Positions 27,641 to 36,744 of a stretch of 49,193 nucleotides of DNA are shown here, piece after piece. The DNA comes from a virus (lineage: Duplodnaviria; Heunggongvirae; Uroviricota; Caudoviricetes): IMG/VR virus record IMGVR_UViG_3300045988_148039. One strand, given 5' to 3'. Position 1 is the stretch's first letter. Every line of letters begins with the position of its first letter. Position numbers and translations under genes: made by a program. Below the pieces are notes generated by a model. That model ran no database searches, had not been told where the DNA came from, and worked only from the letters and a program-made list of their open reading frames with translations.

Positions 27641-27750
27641 TCTCCGGTTTAACCAGGGCGACTATCGCTCGGTTTCGGGTATAACCTTAGGAAATTTTTT
27701 CCCACCTGTAAAGCAGTTTTTATATAAATCTATAATTATATAATTCTATG
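27641..27750 (-). promoter_or_regulatory. Conserved promoter/leader cassette, copy C
   Basis: Differs from copy A at a handful of positions over about 105 bp; read directly. Confidence 0.7.
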
Positions 27751-27796
27751 AGCACAAAAAAGCCCCTTTGCAACAGGGGCTTATCATTCGTTCTGA

Positions 27797-28096
27797 TCAG
27801 ATGTTAAACGCTATTCGTTTTCCTGTGGGAAGCTCAACATCCAGGCTTAATTTGCCTCCCATAGATTCAACGTAACGCTTTAATGTCGCCAGCTTTAAAT
27901 CATTTCCGCGCTGCTCCAGCTTTGTTACTGCTGGCTGGCTTATACCCATCGCCTCAGCAACCTGTTTTTGTGATAACTGGAGTTCTTCACGCATCATCTG
28001 CAAGCCGACCTCAAGAATCATCTCATCTGCCATTTCTTTAATTCGCGCCTGGCTTTCAGGTGAACGGCTGGCAATCGCCTCATCTAATGTTCTCAT
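27797..28096 (-). CDS. HigA-like HTH antitoxin
   Basis: 99-aa HTH protein immediately downstream of the toxin-like gene. Confidence 0.6.
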   Translation of the reverse strand: MRTLDEAIASRSPESQARIKEMADEMILEVGLQMMREELQLSQKQVAEAMGISQPAVTKLEQRGNDLKLATLKRYVESMGGKLSLDVELPTGKRIAFNI

Positions 28097-28449
28097 TACT
28101 TGCTCTCCAGTGTGTTCAGATGTGCTGCAAACTCATCCTCAGCTATACGCACCAGTTTTTCATAAAACCGTTTATCGTTACTTTTGTCTCCTGCACAAAG
28201 AACGATGGCCCGGCGAATCGGATCGAACGCATAAAAGGCTCTTATCGGACGGCCAGAAAACTGAACGCGAAGCTCTTTCATATTTTTGTACCGAGAACCT
28301 TTTACGGTATCGGCATATGGCCTGGGTAACTCAGGTCCGTAAACCTGTAGCTTTTTCAAATCAGCCAAAACCTTTTCCTGAAGAGCGTCTTCTTGCTCAT
28401 TTAGCCAGTCGTCAAATCGCTGGCTAAAAAGTACCGTCCACATGCTCAA
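28096..28449 (-). CDS. HigB/RelE-family toxin-like protein
   Basis: 117 aa; toxin-upstream order as in HigBA; stop overlaps the antitoxin start. Confidence 0.6.
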   Translation of the reverse strand: MSMWTVLFSQRFDDWLNEQEDALQEKVLADLKKLQVYGPELPRPYADTVKGSRYKNMKELRVQFSGRPIRAFYAFDPIRRAIVLCAGDKSNDKRFYEKLVRIAEDEFAAHLNTLESK

Positions 28450-28687
28450 TCCTATAACCTGTAGTTTATATCACTAACTATATAACCTGTGAGTTATAAT
28501 TTCAAGAAAAACGGGGCTATTTAACATAATGGACGTTATCGGCACCACCGGATCACCGTTCGTTGTCGGATCTAAAAAATCCGCTCAAAAGATCATGTTT
28601 TCCTGGGCGTTTTCCACCGTTTTTTATGTTGCTTATTTGTTAATGAAATCTCGTTTCCAGTTTCGCCTCATTTTCGACGCGAAAGCC

Positions 28688-28978
28688 CTATTTTTGTGAC
28701 TTTACTCCTGGCATATGGACTTCCCAGCGCCGAATCCCCATAGCTGCGCAAAAATCAGCCACATAATTCAATCCCGCCCATTCGCGGATACCACCACGGG
28801 CTTTTTCAATGAAAACGGCAATCCCTTTTTTATTGAGAGCAAAAAGCCGCCAGCTTTTTGTCACTTCGTCCTGGGTAGCCACAACACAAGTGAAAGCGCC
28901 CATGCGATACAGGTCCAAGAACTCTTTGCGTGTTTTGCGTACAAGTTCCATAACAAACCTCATATTTGCATGTTTCAA
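28688..28978 (-). CDS. Hypothetical protein
   Basis: 96-aa ORF translationally coupled to 28975..29274. Confidence 0.4.
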   Translation of the reverse strand: MKHANMRFVMELVRKTRKEFLDLYRMGAFTCVVATQDEVTKSWRLFALNKKGIAVFIEKARGGIREWAGLNYVADFCAAMGIRRWEVHMPGVKSQK

Positions 28979-29274
28979 ACATCTGTTTTGTCATCAATGA
29001 AGATTAACCCTAACCCAGCGAAGTAACACAGCAGCGCCCAGGCTGCATACGGAATGCTGGATCTGGATGTGGACTCCTTTAACATCTGCCAGTTGCGAAC
29101 ATTGCGACTATCTTTTAAGCCAAGTTTTTTGGCCAACTGCGAGCCGCTCATTCCGGTCAGGCCAATGACTGCCCGAACTTCTCCACATGTAGGAGATTCC
29201 CATTCATCCGCTTTTTTTAAACAAGCCGGATTCAACATTTTTAAAACAGTATCTTTATCCATAACCATCTCCAT
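28975..29274 (-). CDS. HTH protein with C-terminal hydrophobic segment
   Basis: 99 aa; HTH-like MSGSQLAKKLGLKDSRNVRNWQ and C-terminal IPYAAWALLCYFAGLGLIFI. Confidence 0.4.
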   Translation of the reverse strand: MEMVMDKDTVLKMLNPACLKKADEWESPTCGEVRAVIGLTGMSGSQLAKKLGLKDSRNVRNWQMLKESTSRSSIPYAAWALLCYFAGLGLIFIDDKTDV

Positions 29275-29504
29275 TTATTACATCTACGATGGTAGGAAAT
29301 CTTTTCCTATGTGGCAATAGAAATTTACCACATTTCGTATAAGACAAGTTTTCTATACCTAATAGGAAATCATGATTCTTACGTTTTATCGCGTTCTGAT
29401 GGCTACTGTGTGCGTATTTATCGACGTTTATTGATAAGGCTCGCCCTTTCCTCCTGCAAAGCCTGGCCGTAGGCCTTATTTCGGCCTTATATAAATTGAT
29501 TTTG

Positions 29505-29625
29505 TATAGTTCGAAACGCGCCGTTTCGAAAAGGATGATCAGGCTGCTCCATGCCTCCGGCAAGTGCCGGAGGAGGTATATTTGAGCGTAGCGACTCGAA
29601 CCGGCGCGAGCTTTAGCTCGCTGCA
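29505..29625. other. Cluster of perfect hairpins/palindromes
   Basis: TTCGAAACG-cgc-CGTTTCGAA, CCTCCGGCA-ag-TGCCGGAGG and GCGAGC-ttta-GCTCGC read directly. Confidence 0.6.
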
Positions 29626-29639
29626 AGGGCGAACATATT

Positions 29640-29905
29640 CACAGGCAAAGCCTGCGTAAGTTAAATAAAGAAAGTCTTAATAAAAGAAAGTGATTTTGCA
29701 TTTATTTGTTTAGTGCATCTATTATAAAAAACCATTTGCATATACATATCAAAACTGTGGACAACTTAATTAGCCGATGCCTGTAAAGGCGATATTTACG
29801 CTGTGTTCAGGTTTAGAGAAAATTAATTTAGCTTGTTTTTTGAACAGATATTTTATTGCGACGTAGATAATCCTCCGGTAAAACCGGATTCATCATTCAG
29901 GTGGG
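29640..29905. other. AT-rich region downstream of repA with DnaA-box-like TGTGGACAA (candidate origin)
   Basis: AT-rich 260 bp directly 3' of the RepA stop; TGTGGACAA at 29756..29764. Confidence 0.4.
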
Positions 29906-30886
29906 TTAATGTTGGAGTGATTTCCAGGTCTTTCTTAGCCTGTTATAACGCTGCTCAACGAGGGAGCGTAAATATGCAAGGTCAGCTCCAGGATACATGC
30001 CATCAGCAAATTCCTGGCTAACCTCTCTAGTGATTTGATGACGAAGTTCGGCCTCTCCCTTTTCCCGAACAAGACGCGCAGCTCTCTCCGCTGCTTTCTG
30101 TTTTGCCTTTATCTCTCTGGCCGTCTTCCTCTGACGCCATACATTCTCCATCTGCTCCTGAATAACAATACGCTTATAATCAGCCTCCGTTATCGCTTTT
30201 TTAAGCCGTTCGCTATTCTTCGCATTGAAGTAATTAAGTTTCTGGCTAACCGCACGTCTCCATGCTTGTTCAGTAATACCAACGGTTTCCAGCAGTTGAT
30301 CACGAATCTCTATTTTCGCTGGCCAATACTGTTTATTCACCCGATCCCAGCGACGTTCATAATCAATAAAACCTAACGCTTTCAGTTGCGACAACGCCCT
30401 TGTACAGCGCGTTATAGACTTGTTCCCAGCTTCGGATACGGTAGACAGGCCGCAAAAATCAGCCAACGCCTCAGCACTAGCCAGAACCCGCTTAGAAATG
30501 ATGTTTACATGGTGCAAAATCGCAGCGATCACAGCATTAATCGCCCGACGACGATGCTCGTTTATCCGGCGCTTCCGCTCTGACGGTTGATTAACGTAGA
30601 ACGCAACCTCACACGTAAGATCACGCCCATTAATGCGCTGTAAAGCATCAGATAACACCAGCGGCAGCTTGTGCGTATGGTGCTTTGGAGGCTGGAACTC
30701 CGGCGACAAATTACAAACGTAAGCTGAACGTAGAGACGGCATTGGTCTATCCATATGTTCGCTCTTGCGTCCACGGAAAACCAACGTATAATGGGAGTTG
30801 TCGAGGCGCCCATGGATTGTTGTTGTTGGTTTTCCGTGGATGTCGCAAGAAGCCCGCAGATTTATCTGCGGGCTTTTTGTTTCCAT
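29906..30886 (-). CDS. repA: Plasmid replication initiator RepA (IncFII/RepFIIA-type); true start possibly internal (MDRPMPS, about 30754)
   Basis: Central segment NKSITRCTRALSQLKALGFIDYERRWD resembles R100/R1 RepA1 KLSITRATRALTFLSELGLITYQTEYD as I recall it; basic C-terminal half; length about 280 aa from the internal start. Confidence 0.7.
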   Translation of the reverse strand: METKSPQINLRASCDIHGKPTTTIHGRLDNSHYTLVFRGRKSEHMDRPMPSLRSAYVCNLSPEFQPPKHHTHKLPLVLSDALQRINGRDLTCEVAFYVNQPSERKRRINEHRRRAINAVIAAILHHVNIISKRVLASAEALADFCGLSTVSEAGNKSITRCTRALSQLKALGFIDYERRWDRVNKQYWPAKIEIRDQLLETVGITEQAWRRAVSQKLNYFNAKNSERLKKAITEADYKRIVIQEQMENVWRQRKTAREIKAKQKAAERAARLVREKGEAELRHQITREVSQEFADGMYPGADLAYLRSLVEQRYNRLRKTWKSLQH

Positions 30887-31067
30887 ATCTGGTCACTTTC
30901 CAACCAGACACCCACAATCATAACCACGTTACGTGGTTTTAAGAGAACTCTACCACAACACTTTCGGTCATGCACGAAGTCTCTCACTGATCGAACGATA
31001 ATCCACCAGTAAAAGGATCTAAATTGGATCTCGTTTTGCGAGCATCATACTACTGGCCTAACTCCAG

Positions 31068-31622
31068 TCAATGATTCCCAGCCGGAAACCTGCGGTAAAG
31101 CGTGGATAAGGTAACATCGAAGATAATCGCTATCTGCTTACGTGAAACACCATTCGCAATAAGCCTTCCGATCTGTTCCCATTGCTCTGGTGCCAATTTT
31201 GAGCGGCGTCCTCCTATCCTGCCGTTAGCCCTTGCCACCGCCAATCCTGCACGCGTTCTTTCAATCATATTTTCCCGCTCCATCTCTGCGACTGCACTCA
31301 GCATCGTGTAGGCAAAGCGGCCAATTGAAGTGCTAATTTTTATCCCTTCCGTAATCGAAATAAACTCAATGTTGTTTGATAAAAAATAATTAAGTAAATC
31401 AACAAGATGAATCAGAGAGCGCCCCATTCGGTCCAGCTTCCAGACAATAACCGTATCGCCCGGCCGTAACACCTTCAGTAGCTTATCAAGTCCTGGTCGT
31501 TTTGATTTAGCACCGGATATTTTATCTTCAAAAATCCGGTCACATCCTGAACTCCTGAGCGCCTCCAGTTGTAATTCCAAATTCTGGTCAAAAGTTGACA
31601 CCCTCGCATAACCATATTGCAT
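31068..31622 (-). CDS. Serine recombinase, Gin/Hin/Pin/Cin-family DNA invertase
   Basis: 184 aa; MQYGYARVSTFDQNLELQ, VWKLDRMGRS and C-terminal HTH closely parallel Gin as I recall it. Confidence 0.9.
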   Translation of the reverse strand: MQYGYARVSTFDQNLELQLEALRSSGCDRIFEDKISGAKSKRPGLDKLLKVLRPGDTVIVWKLDRMGRSLIHLVDLLNYFLSNNIEFISITEGIKISTSIGRFAYTMLSAVAEMERENMIERTRAGLAVARANGRIGGRRSKLAPEQWEQIGRLIANGVSRKQIAIIFDVTLSTLYRRFPAGNH

Positions 31623-31693
31623 ACTTTCTAAACCGCGATTGTTGCTAAAAGCGGGAAAAAATATCGTTCAGACGACACAGAGGCAATTCGCAA

Positions 31694-31720
31694 AAACCTC
31701 GGTTTACAGGAAACGGTAAA
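31694..31720. repeat. Invertase crossover site, left copy (AAACCTCGGTTTACAGGAAACGGTAAA)
   Basis: Inverted copy of 34751..34775 with one mismatch in the shared core; encodes ...LGLQETVN... in both fiber reading frames. Confidence 0.8.
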
Positions 31721-32720
31721 CAGGGCTGGTAACGCCGTGCAAAAAAATGGCGATACTTTGTCCGGTGGGCTTACTTTTGAAAATGACTCAATCCTTGCCT
31801 GGATTCGAAATACTGACTGGGCGAAGATTGGATTTAAAAATGATGCCGATGGTGACACTGATTCATACATGTGGTTTGAAACAGGCGACAACGGCAATGA
31901 ATATTTCAAATGGAGAAGCAAACAAAGCACCACAACAAAAGACCTGATGAATCTTAAATGGGATGCTTTGTCTGTTCTTGTTAAAGCCCTTTTCAGCAGT
32001 GAAGTAAAAATATCGACAGTCAATGCACTGAGGATATTTAATTCATCTTTTGGTGCCATTTTTCGCCGTTCTGAAGAATGCCTGCATATCATCCCTACAC
32101 GAGAGAACGAGGGAGAAAATGGTGATATAGGGCCACTACGCCCCTTTACGCTTAATCTTAGAACTGGTCGGATAAGCATGGGGCATGGTCTTGATGTTAC
32201 AGGGGATATATTTGCAAACCGTTTTGCAATTAACAGTAGTACCGGCATGTGGATTCATATGCGTGACCAGAATGTTATTTTGGGACGCAATGCGGTATCC
32301 ACCGATGGTGCGCAGGCATTACTTCGTCAGGACCATGCTGATCGCAAATTTATGATTGGTGGGCTGGGAAATAAGCAATTTGGCATCTACATGATTAATA
32401 ACTCAAGGACAGCCAATGGCACCGATGGTCAGGCGTACATGGATAATAACGGGAACTGGCTTTGCGGTGCGCAAGTTATTCCCGGCAACTATGGCAATTT
32501 TGATTCCAGATATGTGAAAGATGTTCGACTTGGTTCACAGCAATATTATGGAGTGAACAACTGGCAAACATGGAATTTCCAGTGCCCGTCAGGTCATGTA
32601 TTGTCTGGTATTAATGTTCAGGATACAGGGTCCAACTCTGCCGATAATATAGCGGGCGTTTATTACAGACCCGTTCAAAAGTATATAAATGGCACCTGGT
32701 ATAATGTAGCGAGCGTTTAA
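31694..32720 (+). CDS. Alternative tail-fiber C-terminal segment (no own start; fused to the constant part after inversion)
   Basis: Frame open upstream to the crossover site with no start codon; C-terminus ...[11 protein letters not shown] matches the current fiber's ...INGTWYNAGSI. Confidence 0.7.
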
Positions 32721-32721
32721 T

Positions 32722-33249
32722 ATGATGCACTTAAAGAACATAAAAGCGGGTAACGCTAAAACACTGGAGCAGTATGAGTTAACAAAGAAGCACGGAGTCA
32801 TCTGGCTTTACTCTGAGGACGAAAAAAACTGGTATGAGGAAGTGAAAAACTTTCAGCCAGACACAATAAAGATTGTTTACGATGAAAATAATATTATTGT
32901 CGCCATCACCAAAGATGCATCCACGCTTAACCCTGAAGGTTTTAGCGTCGTTGAGGTTCCCGATATAACGGCCAATCGTCGGGCCGATGATTCCGGTAAG
33001 TGGATGTTTAAGGACGGAGCTGTGGTTAAACGGATTTATACGGCAGACGAACAGGAACAACAGGCCGAATCACAAAAGGCCGCGTTACTTTCCGAAGCAG
33101 AAAGCATTATTCAGCCACTGGAACGCGCTGTCAGGCTGAATATGGCGACGGATGAGGAACGCGCACGACTGGAGTCATGGGAACGCTACAGCGTTCTGGT
33201 CAGCCGTGTGGATACAGCAAAGCCCGAATGGCCACAAAAGCCTGAGTAA
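32722..33249 (+). CDS. Tail fiber assembly chaperone (for the alternative fiber tip)
   Basis: 175 aa starting MMHLKNI; paralog of 33278..33811. Confidence 0.75.
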   Translation: MMHLKNIKAGNAKTLEQYELTKKHGVIWLYSEDEKNWYEEVKNFQPDTIKIVYDENNIIVAITKDASTLNPEGFSVVEVPDITANRRADDSGKWMFKDGAVVKRIYTADEQEQQAESQKAALLSEAESIIQPLERAVRLNMATDEERARLESWERYSVLVSRVDTAKPEWPQKPE

Positions 33250-33277
33250 AAATTAAGGCCCAATATCGGGCCTTCTC

Positions 33278-33811
33278 TCATTCTGGTTGTTCGGGAAACG
33301 TTACTGGCAGGCTGGAGGTGTCTGTGGATTCGACTTTCTGCGCGTAAAGCATCCACTCGGTTAATTTTTGTTTATTCTCGTCGGAAATGATGCCCAGCCG
33401 TAGCTGTGAGTCCCATAGCTGGGTTTTATCCCTGACAAGTTGCAACAGGCTTTGCTTTTCATTCTCTGCCTGCTGCCTCTGTTCCTCCTCGGTATAAGTT
33501 CGCTTTATCACTACGCCATCTTTGAACATCCATTTACCCGAAATATCAGCCCGGCGATTTGCTGTAATATCAGGAACCTCAACGACGCTTGCGCCTTCTG
33601 GATTAATTGCTGAAACATCCTTTTCAATACAAATAATAACGTCGTTGTGGTCATAGACCATTTTCAACGTATCAGGCTGAAAGTTCTTTTGTTCCTCATA
33701 CCAGTTTTTCCCATCCTCTGTATAAAGCCATTTGATGTTAAATTGTTTCGTTAGCTGGTATTGCTCTTTTGTTTTAGGGTTGCCAGCAGTAATATTTTTT
33801 AAGTGCATCAT
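33278..33811 (-). CDS. Tail fiber assembly chaperone (for the currently expressed fiber tip)
   Basis: 177 aa starting MMHLKNI; immediately downstream of the fiber gene. Confidence 0.75.
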   Translation of the reverse strand: MMHLKNITAGNPKTKEQYQLTKQFNIKWLYTEDGKNWYEEQKNFQPDTLKMVYDHNDVIICIEKDVSAINPEGASVVEVPDITANRRADISGKWMFKDGVVIKRTYTEEEQRQQAENEKQSLLQLVRDKTQLWDSQLRLGIISDENKQKLTEWMLYAQKVESTDTSSLPVTFPEQPE

Positions 33812-33813
33812 AA

Positions 33814-36132
33814 TTAAATACTCCCCGCGTTATACCACGTTCCATTAATGCAATACTGAATTGGCCTTGCCTGAGTTGTATCAATTAATTCATCACGGTT
33901 TCCGTTAACTGAACCAGTAACGACATAACCTGACCTGTCAGACCAGCCGGGACCATTCCATGTCTGAACAGATGACAGACCGCCAAGGCGAATACCTGTA
34001 ATAAATCTTGAGTTACATTCTGCCTGCGTGTATGCACCAACATCTCCCGCAGAGGGTTTGCGGGTTGTGGTGTAAAACTCTGACCAGTCAGCTTCAAAGC
34101 CATAACCATCACGCGCTGAACGATAAAAGATACCGCCATTTCTGTAATTCACGCGGAACTGTACAGCAGGGCTGCTCCCCGTATTCATATTGAAGTGGAG
34201 GATTAATGTCGATGCGCCACCAATATTTGCGTTATAGACCCCGCTATTCCAGTTCCAGCCAACAGCTTTATCATTTCCGACAGTGCTTCCTGTCTGCCCT
34301 AAAGCAAATGCAGGCTGCTGGTTTTTCGTATTGTAGTCTCGTCGCCAGCCAGGAGCATAAGCATCACCATGATTAATATAAGTGAATTGAGCGTTAGTAA
34401 TTCCGCCACCGCTGGACGTGCTCGGCGTGGTAACGCGTATGGTCATTGCGCCGCGAGTGCCAATAACTTCTACCACAGCACCTGCAAGACAAATATTTCC
34501 GCAACCTGTATCTGTAATGACCTTATTATTTGCATAAGCCCATGAGCCTTTGCACATCCAGTAAGGATGGTTAAATGCCCCCTGACTCTCCAGCCACGAA
34601 ATGAATTGTGCGGTTGTCCAGGCCTGACTATCGCCACCAATATTCAGCCATGAGCTATATGCGCGGCAGGCCCCAATATTTTTGGTGAAGGTATCTTTTC
34701 CCGGAATATCTGCGCCGTTCTGGTTTTTCTGTAATGCGCCAGAAGCCTGATTTACCGTTTCCTGCAAACCGAGGTATTCGATAACGGCGGCAACGGTAGA
34801 TTTCGCAAGAATATCCCGCCCGACTTTTGTCAGAGTTGCCAGGCTGGCGACATCATTCCCCGTAAAATACGGAAACCTGTCTGCCGCAGTAGCAAGCCCG
34901 GCCAGCGCCGTCAGGGTGGCATCTTTCGGTTGCTTACCCGCAAGCGCGTTAGTCATGGTGGTCGCAAAATTCGGGTCGTTGCCCAACGCCGCAGCCAGCT
35001 CGTTCAGCGTATTCAGTGCGTCAGGCGACGAGTCCACGAGGGCAGCGATCGCAGCCATAACATAAGCCGTGCTTGCGATCTGAGTATTGTTAGTACCTTT
35101 TGGCGCAGTTGGTGTTGTTGGTGTTCCGGTCAGCGCCGGACTGTTCAGGGGCGCTTTCTTGTTCGTTTCATCCATTACCACCTTTACAGCTTTCGATGTC
35201 GCGGCCAGTGTTTCAGACGTGCTGTTGGTGGCACTACTGAGCTGAGTTATTCCCCTTACAGTCAGTGAAGCTACAGGCACATTTGTTATCTGCTCCCACG
35301 AATGCGTGTGATTGGACGGAGCCTTTCCGGCCGCAAGATCATACGCTGCCTTAACAGCCTTTGGTGTTGCTGCTAGCGTTTCAGACGTGCTGTTGGTGGC
35401 ACTACTGAGCTGAACAATCCCTTTTCGCGCTGTGGTAGCGTCCTGTGCGGTGTATTTGGCATTAGCCAGGTCATATGCTGCCTTAACAGCCTTAGGCGTC
35501 GCAGCAAGCGTTTCAGACGTGCTATTGGTGGCGCTGCTAAGTTGAACAAAGCCTTTTGAGGTTAAAGTTGCATCAGGATGATTACGTGATTGTTCATGTT
35601 TCACAATGGCTTGCTTAAGCCGCTTTGCTGAAACAGCAAGGGAATCATCTGTACCGTCATCAATTTCTTGTTCATTGGCAAATCTTGCAACCCCAACAAC
35701 AGTTTCGGTTGCGGGAGGATTAATAAACTCAATATCACCAAATGTAATATTTTTAGTATCAAGAGTCTTGATTGCTATGTCACTTGATATTAAAGCAATA
35801 GTAGATGATGCTTTATTTATTATTGCTTGTTCTTGCGAGTATACAGCAAACAACGTTCCCTTATTTGTATACAATCCTATTGTATGGACAACATACTCAT
35901 CTTTACTATCATCCTTCGCCGTTACATGAATTGTATCAGGGGAAACAACTTTGCCACCTATTGTGGTAAGTCGCTTTATTTCGTTTGTTATATTTGTTTG
36001 TGAGGTTGACGTGACATAATATCTACTACCTAAACCAACAGAAACAATCTCAACTTTATTTGTTCCTGTTTTATTGGCATTAACCAGCTCCTGACGCCCG
36101 GCGTCAGTCATCGTAAATAATAATTTACTCAC
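33814..36132 (-). CDS. Tail fiber protein (constant N-terminal part fused to one of two variable C-terminal parts)
   Basis: 772 aa with three tandem ~30-aa repeats QLSSATNSTSETLAATPKAVK; crossover site lies inside at residues ~454-461. Confidence 0.85.
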   Translation of the reverse strand: MSKLLFTMTDAGRQELVNANKTGTNKVEIVSVGLGSRYYVTSTSQTNITNEIKRLTTIGGKVVSPDTIHVTAKDDSKDEYVVHTIGLYTNKGTLFAVYSQEQAIINKASSTIALISSDIAIKTLDTKNITFGDIEFINPPATETVVGVARFANEQEIDDGTDDSLAVSAKRLKQAIVKHEQSRNHPDATLTSKGFVQLSSATNSTSETLAATPKAVKAAYDLANAKYTAQDATTARKGIVQLSSATNSTSETLAATPKAVKAAYDLAAGKAPSNHTHSWEQITNVPVASLTVRGITQLSSATNSTSETLAATSKAVKVVMDETNKKAPLNSPALTGTPTTPTAPKGTNNTQIASTAYVMAAIAALVDSSPDALNTLNELAAALGNDPNFATTMTNALAGKQPKDATLTALAGLATAADRFPYFTGNDVASLATLTKVGRDILAKSTVAAVIEYLGLQETVNQASGALQKNQNGADIPGKDTFTKNIGACRAYSSWLNIGGDSQAWTTAQFISWLESQGAFNHPYWMCKGSWAYANNKVITDTGCGNICLAGAVVEVIGTRGAMTIRVTTPSTSSGGGITNAQFTYINHGDAYAPGWRRDYNTKNQQPAFALGQTGSTVGNDKAVGWNWNSGVYNANIGGASTLILHFNMNTGSSPAVQFRVNYRNGGIFYRSARDGYGFEADWSEFYTTTRKPSAGDVGAYTQAECNSRFITGIRLGGLSSVQTWNGPGWSDRSGYVVTGSVNGNRDELIDTTQARPIQYCINGTWYNAGSI
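34751..34775. repeat. Invertase crossover site, right copy (TTTACCGTTTCCTGCAAACCGAGGT)
   Basis: Inverted copy of the left site, located inside the fiber gene. Confidence 0.8.
35173..35559. repeat. Three tandem ~75-nt direct repeats encoding the fiber repeat motif
   Basis: Repeated nucleotide blocks (GTTTCAGACGTGCTGTTGGTGGCACTACTGAGCTGA and variants) read directly. Confidence 0.7.
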
Positions 36133-36162
36133 GCTTAATTCCTTGAATAAACAAATTGCGAA

Positions 36163-36744
36163 TTAGCACTCGCCAATTAATCGTATATAAGACACAGGCT
36201 GACAAGCACCAACAATACCGACACCACCAGAAACATTGGCTGCTTGCGAAAATGTAAATAATGTTCTTGCCGACTTTGCGCTCTTGATACTTCTTAACGT
36301 ATCTTCCAACATCTCTTTCGAAGGAACGGCACCATCAAAAGAGTTAATCGAAGCAACAATTGAGGCTGTATATGGTTCGCCAGGTGGTGATGTTTCAAAC
36401 CATTCTGTTATGTTTACCTCTCCACCCAAGCTATTTACTACATCTTCAACCGCTGCCCTTGTACCCTTTATTCGCTTTGTTCGTATTATTGATTTGAAAA
36501 CAGAACGCTTTAACGATACAGGCCAACTATCCCTCCATGTATCAGCATTCCATTGCCAAGCTAAATGATCGAGAACAACTGAGTCAAGGTTATCAACAAC
36601 GCTATATATTTCTGTCTTATATATTAAATTGTTAATTGCTTGTAGTTCATCATCAATAGCTTTCGACATAGCTATCACGTTGGGATCGCTAGCTAAGTTA
36701 GGAGGTAAAACATCCAACAAGCTAACATTAAAGATATCAGCCAT
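36163..36744 (-). CDS. Tail protein, P2 gpI-like (baseplate)
   Basis: 193-aa ORF between the J-like gene and the fiber gene; positional and size match. Confidence 0.6.
   Translation of the reverse strand: MADIFNVSLLDVLPPNLASDPNVIAMSKAIDDELQAINNLIYKTEIYSVVDNLDSVVLDHLAWQWNADTWRDSWPVSLKRSVFKSIIRTKRIKGTRAAVEDVVNSLGGEVNITEWFETSPPGEPYTASIVASINSFDGAVPSKEMLEDTLRSIKSAKSARTLFTFSQAANVSGGVGIVGACQPVSYIRLIGEC

Noticed and set aside
11066-27750. Possibility that the recurring AT-rich motif is a CRISPR array
   Set aside because: Copies are irregularly spaced over 16 kb, sit in separate intergenic regions, and are not separated by uniform spacers.
29255-29626. 123-aa minus-strand ORF
   Set aside because: Its reading frame runs through the palindrome cluster at 29505..29625; more likely structured non-coding DNA.
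30562-30813. 83-aa ORF in an alternative frame inside repA
   Set aside because: Fully contained within the RepA coding region on the same strand in another frame.
34861-34890. Initial candidate for the right-hand inversion site (GGAAACCTGTCTGCC)
   Set aside because: Only a partial match; the true inverted copy of the left site is at 34751..34775.
34930-35268. 112-aa plus-strand ORF inside the tail fiber gene
   Set aside because: Antisense to the fiber repeat region; Arg/Cys-rich artefactual translation.
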